This document shows positions 56,616-64,000 of a DNA stretch of 64,000 bases, piece after piece (position 1 is the first letter of the stretch; every line of letters starts with the position of its first letter). The notes beneath the pieces were generated by a model. The model did not search any database, was not told where the DNA came from, and worked only from the letters and a program-made list of their open reading frames with translations. Both the position numbers and the translations under genes were made by a program. The stretch covers positions 545,849-609,848 of the forward strand of contig RDOB01000002.1 in the NCBI GenBank assembly GCA_011364965.1, given 5' to 3'. Source of the stretch: Candidatus Heimdallarchaeota archaeon. GTDB lineage: Archaea > Asgardarchaeota > Heimdallarchaeia > Hodarchaeales > Hodarchaeaceae.

Positions 56616-57977
56616 ATGGTAAAAATTGAACGAATATCACGAAAGCATGGCTTAATGCTTGTTGATCCTGAAGAACGTGATTTCTTCCATTGCTGTAATA
56701 GATGTGAGGTAGCCTCTTCGCTAGGGTCTGTAGAAGAATGTCCTCAGCGAATTCACACGGGTAATAGCTGTTGTCCTTCCTGTAGTTCATTTATAGAGCA
56801 CGGGATTGAAGCGTTATTATCCCACTGGGGGGATCAGGGACAATTTCTTGTAGGATTTCAAATTATTGTTCCCTTAAATTCTGGAATAACTGAAGATATT
56901 TTACGAGCAGCATTCCATCTATATAAAGTACCTCTGAATCAGCTGCATTTACTATACGAATGGCAAGACACTAGAACTCTTGATATTTCCTTTGAATTTC
57001 ATACTTATTGGACGATGATAATTCGACATATTTATTGGCCATTGAACCTAAACGTTCCTTTTCTAAGAGATGCTTTAATCTATGCATTAACGGGTTTTCC
57101 TGATAGAGCTGCAGCCACAGTTTACTCTCACCTTCGTGATCTGTTTGCTGATTTTTCAGATTGGGTAAAAGATAATTACAGCATTGATCCACTGGAAATA
57201 TTCAATGTCACTGTTAAGAGTAATCGGAGTACAATCTCTTATTATGCTTCTTATTTTCTAAGGGTCGAAAATGCAGAAAACATCACAATAGATATTCTTT
57301 CTCCTGATTATGAGAGATCCTCAGATCCAGAAGCCTGCATTGTTCGCTTGGGGAGTTCTCAAATACCTGTAATCTCATTTCAAAAAGTAAGTTCTGCTTT
57401 AGTGATGAGAAAGGGTCTTGAAACTGCTTGGGGTTCTATTGAACTTTCCCTGCAAAGAATGTTAGAGGAATTGAGTAATATTACATCAGAGATGCGTAGT
57501 TCTAAGCCAGTGTCAGCTAAACAAGTAGGAGATCTACTTGATCGAATTCAGACAATCCAAGTTCAATTTCTAAAGTTGAAACCTATTATCTCAAACATGC
57601 AAGGAGCAATCTCTCCTTTAGTACCTCTTCTCTCTGAATCCTTAATTCAACAATTACTGCCTACTTTCAATCTGAATTTAGTGAATTCATGGTTTGAATT
57701 CTCTAAGTCTGTTGAACGATCTATTGATGGAGCAAACTCATATATTCGCGGAAAAATGAATATTTTGGCCATAGAGCAGGAGAAAAGAACTACCAAACGC
57801 TTGAATCTATTAACTGCTTTATTTGGATGTTTATCTGGCCTAAATTTGATAGTCGCATTCCTATCATGGGGTACCCCTGAGCCCAATCCAGAATTATTGA
57901 TATTATCGGGTAGTTTAATAGTATTTCTAATATTACTTACATTGATCATAGTTGGCGGAGTGCTTTCAAGAGATTAG
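56616..57977 (+). CDS. CorA-like architecture protein (Cys-rich N-terminus, helical stalk, two C-terminal TM)
   Basis: HCCNRC..CPQ..CCPSC; long helices; RLNLLTALF..SGLN..TM1-TM2. Confidence 0.55.
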   Translation: MVKIERISRKHGLMLVDPEERDFFHCCNRCEVASSLGSVEECPQRIHTGNSCCPSCSSFIEHGIEALLSHWGDQGQFLVGFQIIVPLNSGITEDILRAAFHLYKVPLNQLHLLYEWQDTRTLDISFEFHTYWTMIIRHIYWPLNLNVPFLRDALIYALTGFPDRAAATVYSHLRDLFADFSDWVKDNYSIDPLEIFNVTVKSNRSTISYYASYFLRVENAENITIDILSPDYERSSDPEACIVRLGSSQIPVISFQKVSSALVMRKGLETAWGSIELSLQRMLEELSNITSEMRSSKPVSAKQVGDLLDRIQTIQVQFLKLKPIISNMQGAISPLVPLLSESLIQQLLPTFNLNLVNSWFEFSKSVERSIDGANSYIRGKMNILAIEQEKRTTKRLNLLTALFGCLSGLNLIVAFLSWGTPEPNPELLILSGSLIVFLILLTLIIVGGVLSRD

Positions 57978-58095
57978 TCATTACTAGACCTAGTGTATTA
58001 TCCCAATACCAGTAGTCGCAATTAAATTCCCAAATACTTAAAAGAAATAAAAGAGATCAATTTTCATTGACATTCTAATATAGGATGAAATTAAA

Positions 58096-58422
58096 ATGGC
58101 ACGAGTAAGAGCAATGAGTAAACCTGCACCATTATTGGATCGCTGTATAGCATCATTAATAGATGGATTTATATGCAGCCCCTTATCAGTTATTTGTTAT
58201 CCAGTGTGGAAAGACGGAATTAGAGATGGGCATAGTTTTGGCAAAGGATTGATGGGCTTACGCGTTGTAAAATATGGTACAAGACAAGGAGCATCAGTCT
58301 CTAATTCATGTTTAAGAAACTGTTGTCATTTTGGAGTCGGTCTCTGCCTGCTCTGCTTCAATGGTGATCGACGTCACCTTGGCGACTATATTGCAGGAAC
58401 AATGGTTGTAAAAGATAGATAA
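58096..58422 (+). CDS. Short Cys-rich RDD-family protein
   Basis: RCIASLID, SFGK..GLRVV, RRHLGDYIAGTMVV. Confidence 0.8.
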   Translation: MARVRAMSKPAPLLDRCIASLIDGFICSPLSVICYPVWKDGIRDGHSFGKGLMGLRVVKYGTRQGASVSNSCLRNCCHFGVGLCLLCFNGDRRHLGDYIAGTMVVKDR

Positions 58423-58484
58423 TAAGTTAAAATGGACTTATTAAAATATTTCTTCTTTTTTTTTGATTTAAAAGAGTATAGCTC

Positions 58485-59096
58485 TTAGTCATCCATCTGT
58501 TCTGGAGGTAAAGAAAAAGGATCTTTTATTCCTCCATGAATGAGTTGAGAAACGAAAATCTGTTCACGATCCACATAAATCTGATAACCTGAACAATAAG
58601 GGATATTACCATACTCTGGGCATAGGTGGCAAATTTCTTCATTCTTTTTAGCTCGTCTTCTATTTAAATAAAGATAACCTGGAATAAAGTTAAGAACAAT
58701 CCATATTTTAATGAAGACGTTAGGAGTGAATATAAATTGAATTATTGCTATAGTAAATGAAGCTCCAAGCATAAAACGGGCAAAATCTTTCATCTTTCTA
58801 TTTTTAATTATAAATGCAGTGATAAAGGTTGGTAAAATCATTAAATAAATTATTAAACCAACCTCTATTTCGTTTAGTCGATTCCACAATTGTAAGGACG
58901 GTAGACTTCCAAGTAAAATGATAAATAAAGATAAAATCATACCTGAATATTGCATAAAACACCCTCGACATACTTTTCTGCTATTAATATTATAAGTATG
59001 ATCAGAAAAGTTATTACATAATGGATGATGAGAAATCCTATATGGGCCAAGTATTTTTTTAGATAGGTTCTGGGGAGTTTTCATATGCTTTCTCAT
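58485..59096 (-). CDS. Cys/His-rich 4-TM membrane protein (DUF2085-like)
   Basis: SHHPLC..VCRGC before the TMs; CHLCPE..C after them. Confidence 0.55.
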   Translation of the reverse strand: MRKHMKTPQNLSKKILGPYRISHHPLCNNFSDHTYNINSRKVCRGCFMQYSGMILSLFIILLGSLPSLQLWNRLNEIEVGLIIYLMILPTFITAFIIKNRKMKDFARFMLGASFTIAIIQFIFTPNVFIKIWIVLNFIPGYLYLNRRRAKKNEEICHLCPEYGNIPYCSGYQIYVDREQIFVSQLIHGGIKDPFSLPPEQMDD

Positions 59097-60617
59097 CTAG
59101 AATTGGCTTTCTATCAGTTTTAAGAATATTTTGTGCTCTTTTTCAAGTTTTTGGCTTAAAGACGGAGACAGTGTAGGAATACTTAGCATTGGAAGTTTAA
59201 ATGAGGGCTTGATATCTCTCTTATTCTTGGACCAAAGGTTCAAAGCACTTTCTGAATTACCAATTAAATGTTGAATAAATGCTAATTCAAAAATTGCTTG
59301 ATTTTTAATTTCATCATTCTTCATTTTATTAATTGTAGGAATTAGATATTTTTTAAGAACGGAAATCACTGCTGAAAACGCTTCTAGTTCAACTAAACCA
59401 TCACGATAATTCGAACAGACTATCAAAAATTCATCGAAATCTTTGATTTTCCAATAGAATTTTTTAGTCTCTTCCAGAATGTTTAATGCAAAATTTATCT
59501 CTTTAAGTTTAAGAAAGATATATCCCAAATTAGCCTTAGTAGCATGCAAACTCGCTTCATCTAATGGTTTCATTTTTTCTAGAACTTCAATTAGTTGAAT
59601 GAAAAGAGATTTCGCTTCTTGATATTCTTTTGTATCTATAGCAATTTTTGCTAGTGAGTCTAAGGCAAAAACTACTCCCTTATCACTTTTATTTGAAAGA
59701 TTTAAAATTTGCTCAAATGCATTCTTTGCTTCTCCTAATTCCGAGTTTAATAAATAGCAGTTACCTAACTCTAGTAACACATCTTCTGATAAAATCTGGG
59801 GTTCTTCTTCAAGAATACACTTTAGTGTATTAATTGCTTCCTCAATTTTATTATTAGCTTTCTGAATCCTAGCTAGCGTTTTTAAGCTAACTATTGTCCC
59901 TGCGGAGTTGATAATCTGAGTGTACAGTTCAACCGATATTTTTGCACATTCCTCTGCTTTTGCCATATCATTCCTCAATATATACACCTCAGCGAGATTC
60001 AGGTTGACTGTAGCTAGAGAAGGAAGGTCATTTATCTCTTGAAAATGGTTATTTGCTGTTTGGAAATATGAAAGTGCCTTGTCAACTTCTCCATCTTGAT
60101 AATAAAGGCTTCCAATATTCAAATGAGAGCTAGCAATTGCAGGAACATCTTTCAACTTCTCTGCTATCTTCAATGATTCAAAATGATAAGTTTTTGCCTT
60201 TTTTATATTCCCAAATAGCAAGTAGATATTTCCAATGTTATTATAAATTTTAGAAAGCCCTATTGAATGATTGATGGTTTTGAAGTACTTTTCTGCTTGT
60301 TTGTAATGCTTTAATGCCTCTTCATATTTCTGATAAATCCGAAAAATTTTACCAAGGAGATTTTCAACATCCCCCTTCAATTCAAAGTCATCAGTATCAC
60401 TTAAATTCGATAAGATCATTTCTGCTTCGCATTTTGCTCTTTTAAAGTCTCTTTTCCCATAATAAGCCTCTGCCATAAGATGTCTTATTTTTTGCTTCTC
60501 CTCATGACTTGTAGATGAAGAAAAGCTTTCATTTAGCATTTTTAATATTATCGAATATTTCCCTTGATTAAATAGCTCATACAATTCCTCTTGAAGGGCA
60601 CTCATATTAATAGACAT
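59097..60617 (-). CDS. Tetratricopeptide-repeat protein
   Basis: Repeated NLLGKIF, NNIGNIY, LNIGSLY, LNLAEVY units. Confidence 0.88.
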   Translation of the reverse strand: MSINMSALQEELYELFNQGKYSIILKMLNESFSSSTSHEEKQKIRHLMAEAYYGKRDFKRAKCEAEMILSNLSDTDDFELKGDVENLLGKIFRIYQKYEEALKHYKQAEKYFKTINHSIGLSKIYNNIGNIYLLFGNIKKAKTYHFESLKIAEKLKDVPAIASSHLNIGSLYYQDGEVDKALSYFQTANNHFQEINDLPSLATVNLNLAEVYILRNDMAKAEECAKISVELYTQIINSAGTIVSLKTLARIQKANNKIEEAINTLKCILEEEPQILSEDVLLELGNCYLLNSELGEAKNAFEQILNLSNKSDKGVVFALDSLAKIAIDTKEYQEAKSLFIQLIEVLEKMKPLDEASLHATKANLGYIFLKLKEINFALNILEETKKFYWKIKDFDEFLIVCSNYRDGLVELEAFSAVISVLKKYLIPTINKMKNDEIKNQAIFELAFIQHLIGNSESALNLWSKNKRDIKPSFKLPMLSIPTLSPSLSQKLEKEHKIFLKLIESQF

Positions 60618-60763
60618 TCCCTATGACGCAATTATAGAATAACAGATAATTACATACTTCTTCAAGAAGTACAAAATTATTTCTCTTTGAAAATCAACTC
60701 AAATCTGCTTTTATATTCCTATTAGAGAAAAACGTGGAATGAGGACTAGAGATCGTGATTATT

Positions 60764-61282
60764 TTACTGATCAAGTATTACGACAGTTCCTGCTATTTGA
60801 TCGCCTATTCGCCGTCCGTTTCCATCAACTAATGCTACCAAATAACAGCAAAGAGTATCTAACCAACCACACAGACAATTTCGAATACAAGATTGGCCAA
60901 TAGTTGCAGGTTCACCAGTACGATAATCAATCACCCTTAAATTCATCAATCCTTTGCCAAAAGATTGGCCATCTCTGATTCCATCTTTCCAAACGCCATA
61001 ACAGAGACAAGCCAAGCCAATACTGGAAAGAAAATTGTCAATACATAATGCCACCAATCGTTCTGCAATAGGCGCCTTCAATCTTGGATGATAAGGTCTA
61101 GATCGGTACTGGGGGCTATAAGCTTGTTGAGGCTGGAATTTTGGTGATGGAGGAGAAGCTTCCCATGAACTAGTCACTCTCTTAGGGGAAGGGTGAGATT
61201 CAGGAAGTTTTTTGCCACAGTTTAAGCAATAGATACTATCCCGATCAACTTCTGCTCCACAGAAAGGACAATAACTTGTCAT
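60764..61282 (-). CDS. Zinc-ribbon + Pro-rich linker + Cys-rich RDD protein
   Basis: CPFCG..CLNCG; RLVALCID; QSFGKGLMNLRV; RRIGDQIAGTVV. Confidence 0.82.
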   Translation of the reverse strand: MTSYCPFCGAEVDRDSIYCLNCGKKLPESHPSPKRVTSSWEASPPSPKFQPQQAYSPQYRSRPYHPRLKAPIAERLVALCIDNFLSSIGLACLCYGVWKDGIRDGQSFGKGLMNLRVIDYRTGEPATIGQSCIRNCLCGWLDTLCCYLVALVDGNGRRIGDQIAGTVVILDQ

Positions 61283-61488
61283 TATTTTTCGCTCCAATTT
61301 TAATTTAATTACTCTACAAATTCCAAGTCTATTATTAAAAACTTATGCTCATCAGAGGGTATTCGTTATAATATTGTATTTAATTCTTAATTATCTAAAT
61401 ATTCATACATAATCTTTAAGTTAGAATCAATTTACAATTTAGAATACGTTGAAGAACGATATTCATTTGATAAATCTTAATCCAGAAT

Positions 61489-62646
61489 GTGGCAGTAAAC
61501 GTGAAGAAATTCCATCGTCCTAAATTTGTGGATATTACTCCTGAGACCGAAAGGTTGAAAGATCTTGACCATTTTTGGATCTTACTTGATCATTGCCGAG
61601 AACTAGGGATGTGGAGATTCTCTTATGTTTCAGAAGATGAAACGGGAGAATATATACCTTCGCGACAGGTTCGATTTACAGAACCTATTTTGATGATTCA
61701 TGGTGAAGGAACTTCTCATACTTTGTTTAATTGGACTGCGCGCGAATATTGGTTTTCAGGATTTAGGTTTCTCTTTGCATTAGATGTTGAGGATGTTTCT
61801 GATATTCAGCGGTCTGCAGATAGAGTTGCGCGAGCCATAGAAGAGATAAAAACTATTACAAATGCTCATAGAATCTCTGTTATTGCCCATTCCGTAGGAG
61901 GGGTTATAGCACGATATTATACTAAATTCACAGAAGGAGCTGATAGTAACATCCGAATATTGGCAATGATTGGCGCTCCTCATGATAAATCACAGTTTTC
62001 TAAGAAATTGCAGAGCTCTCACCATGATAAACCTGAAATACTTCGTGCTTTAGATTACTTAGAAGATATTAATTCAACTATTACTGAAAAAGAGCTATAT
62101 TATCTCACGCAAGTTAATATTGGCGGGGGACCTTGGACCATCAAAGATAAATTCGGAGAATCACGTTTTATTCCTTTATCTGACGCTTTGAATATCATGG
62201 TAAGTCAAACTCACATGAGAATCCATAGACATAAGGTAACATTTCAAACCTTGAAACCTTACCTCATTCCAACAGTTGCAGTTTTTAAAGTCCGCTTATT
62301 GGCAATTTCAGGAATAAAGGATCCATTAGTATTCCGAATTCATTATAAGGGTAATATTACACAAAAATATCCTAAGAATGGCGCGATTCGCACCCCAACA
62401 GATCAATCTGGTCCATTTTTATTAGAGATACCTATTATAATGTTTATGAATTCCTATTCTCTCTCTCAAGAAGCACAACCTAAAATTGCCATTTATCCTT
62501 TTTTAACTGATGGAGTCAAACAAAAAGGGTTGGGTAAGATCGAAATGACTATTGATTGTCAAAAACTGCCATGTGTTAGTTATTTTACATTTGTAGGTGA
62601 AAACCATGAAAGGGTGGATTTTGCAGTTTACAGTTACATTCCTTAA
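61489..62646 (+). CDS. Alpha/beta hydrolase (lipase-like) with beta-rich C-terminal domain
   Basis: MIHG oxyanion motif, IAHSVGG nucleophile elbow, IGAPH. Confidence 0.75.
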   Translation: MAVNVKKFHRPKFVDITPETERLKDLDHFWILLDHCRELGMWRFSYVSEDETGEYIPSRQVRFTEPILMIHGEGTSHTLFNWTAREYWFSGFRFLFALDVEDVSDIQRSADRVARAIEEIKTITNAHRISVIAHSVGGVIARYYTKFTEGADSNIRILAMIGAPHDKSQFSKKLQSSHHDKPEILRALDYLEDINSTITEKELYYLTQVNIGGGPWTIKDKFGESRFIPLSDALNIMVSQTHMRIHRHKVTFQTLKPYLIPTVAVFKVRLLAISGIKDPLVFRIHYKGNITQKYPKNGAIRTPTDQSGPFLLEIPIIMFMNSYSLSQEAQPKIAIYPFLTDGVKQKGLGKIEMTIDCQKLPCVSYFTFVGENHERVDFAVYSYIP

Positions 62647-62661
62647 AAAGGAGCAGCGTGG

Positions 62662-63426
62662 TTGAATCAACTAGTACGCAAAGCTGCAGAATTAATTGCA
62701 TATTCACATAATATTGTAACATTAACAGGAGCTGGAGTAAGTACAGAATCAGGAATATCCGATTTTAGAAGCCCTGGGGGTCTTTGGGAGAGATTTGATT
62801 CTTCTGAATATGCTGAATATTCAGCATTCTTGACTCATCCTGAAAAATTTTGGAGCATGCATCGGGAATTATCAACAGTTATATTGAGGGCGGAACCTAA
62901 TGATGCGCACAAGGTATTAAGTGCCTTAGAAATCGAAATGAAAAAGAATATGGTTATTATTACTCAAAATGTGGACTTTTTACACTCCAGAGCTGGCAAT
63001 TCCCGAGTTTTGGAACTTCATGGATCAGGAGAAACATCCAAGTGTCTTGATTGTGGAAAAATCTTTCATTATCTCGAACTAGCTCAATTTCTTGAGAAAA
63101 ATACCACTGTCCCACGGTGTGATGTTTGTAATGGACTAATAAAACCAAATGTGGTTCTTTTTGGAGAATCCCTTCCAACAGGGGTATATATAGAGGCTCG
63201 TGAAGCTATATCATCAGCTGATTTATTGCTTATTATTGGTAGTAGTCTAACCGTAACTCCTGCAGCTTTTCTTCCTCACATTGCATTAGAAAGAAAAATT
63301 CCAATTATTATAATAAATCGTGAACCTATACCAATGGATGATTTTGCAGAAGTCGTTATCCATCGGACTGCGGGTATAGTTCTAAAAGAAATTTATAATG
63401 AGATAAAGAATATTATAATTAAGTAG
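62662..63426 (+). CDS. cobB: Sir2-family NAD-dependent protein deacylase
   Basis: TGAGVSTESGISDFRS, TQNVD, LHG, CxxC/CxxC, KPNVVLFGE, GSSL. Confidence 0.93.
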   Translation: MNQLVRKAAELIAYSHNIVTLTGAGVSTESGISDFRSPGGLWERFDSSEYAEYSAFLTHPEKFWSMHRELSTVILRAEPNDAHKVLSALEIEMKKNMVIITQNVDFLHSRAGNSRVLELHGSGETSKCLDCGKIFHYLELAQFLEKNTTVPRCDVCNGLIKPNVVLFGESLPTGVYIEAREAISSADLLLIIGSSLTVTPAAFLPHIALERKIPIIIINREPIPMDDFAEVVIHRTAGIVLKEIYNEIKNIIIK

Positions 63427-63445
63427 CTATTGTTCGTGGATCAAG

Positions 63446-64000
63446 GTGAAAATACAATTCAGATGTATTGCTTCTGGAAGTAATGGAAATTGTGCTTACA
63501 TATCTACTCCAGAAGGTGTTTTATTGGTTGATGCGGGAATAAGCACGAGAAGAATTCTTAATGCATTATCAGAAGATAAAATTCGATCAAAGGATATTTT
63601 GGGCATCTGCGTCAGTCATGCTCATTCTGATCACATAATGGGGCTTCCAGTTTTATCTACTAGACTTAAAGTTCCCGTATTATGCTCAACAGAAACCAAA
63701 ACAATACTTCAACGATTTAATAGATATGATAGGCGATGGAATGCAATAGCTCAACATTCAATCAATTTTGATTTCAATAAAGCCTTTTTTATAGGCCCAT
63801 TCACTATTAAAATGATAAAAACAATTCATGATGTTGAAGGATCTACTTCTTTTCAGATTGGATACAATGACGAATTTATTACGACTCTCACAGACACTGG
63901 TCAACTCCTGTCTCACCATATTAAATCTATGGCTGAAAGTTTCCTTGTTCTTCTAGAAATGAATCATGATATTCCATCTTTAATCGCTTCTCGAAGGCCA
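63446..64000 (+). CDS. MBL-fold metallo-hydrolase (YycJ/WalJ-like), 3' truncated by window edge
   Basis: GTG start; ASGSNGN, VDAG, SHAHSDH, HD, TDTG, LEMNHD. Confidence 0.85.
   Translation, partial: MKIQFRCIASGSNGNCAYISTPEGVLLVDAGISTRRILNALSEDKIRSKDILGICVSHAHSDHIMGLPVLSTRLKVPVLCSTETKTILQRFNRYDRRWNAIAQHSINFDFNKAFFIGPFTIKMIKTIHDVEGSTSFQIGYNDEFITTLTDTGQLLSHHIKSMAESFLVLLEMNHDIPSLIASRRP

Noticed and set aside
522-63178. Short ORFs of the track that overlap larger genes (e.g. 2445-2711, 12705-13049, 25585-25962, 49663-50187)
   Set aside because: They are antisense or alternate-frame shadows of well-supported genes and have no motifs of their own.
1-64000. Genome-wide reassignment of TGA to Trp
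   Set aside because: TGA terminates genes that must end there (moaD two codons after GG; overlaps at 43246 and 49115-49118), and all other long genes are uninterrupted.
1-64000. CRISPR arrays, tRNA/rRNA genes, IS elements
   Set aside because: I saw no regularly spaced repeats, cloverleaf or rRNA-like GC-rich segments, or transposase motifs on reading.

Overview
Low-GC, gene-dense archaeal chromosomal segment. Its content points to an Asgard archaeon, probably Heimdallarchaeia/Hodarchaeales (inference): a histone doublet, an Arf-like GTPase fused to a longin/roadblock-like domain, stand-alone longin-like proteins, dph2, SmsCB, XerA and a crenarchaeal-type SSB. I found no rRNA, tRNA, CRISPR array, IS element or provirus. 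Most of the ~55 CDSs are metabolic or housekeeping genes. Best leads: (1) a protein with two tandem PARP1-type zinc fingers plus a C-terminal winged helix (40409-41176); (2) a divergent cluster (AOR, acyl-CoA ligase, MoaD/SAMP, SCP2, Fe-ADH, a class-III PLP enzyme with a phospho-lyase-like KIKPP motif, FGGY kinase) that may degrade lipid amino-alcohols; (3) an Arf-longin fusion whose true start appears to be ATC; (4) a saccharopine-dehydrogenase-like gene broken only by two in-frame TGA codons; (5) a histone doublet behind a structured leader; (6) a Cys-rich CorA-like protein and a neighbouring RDD/TPR membrane locus. All calls come from motif recognition by eye; no searches were run.
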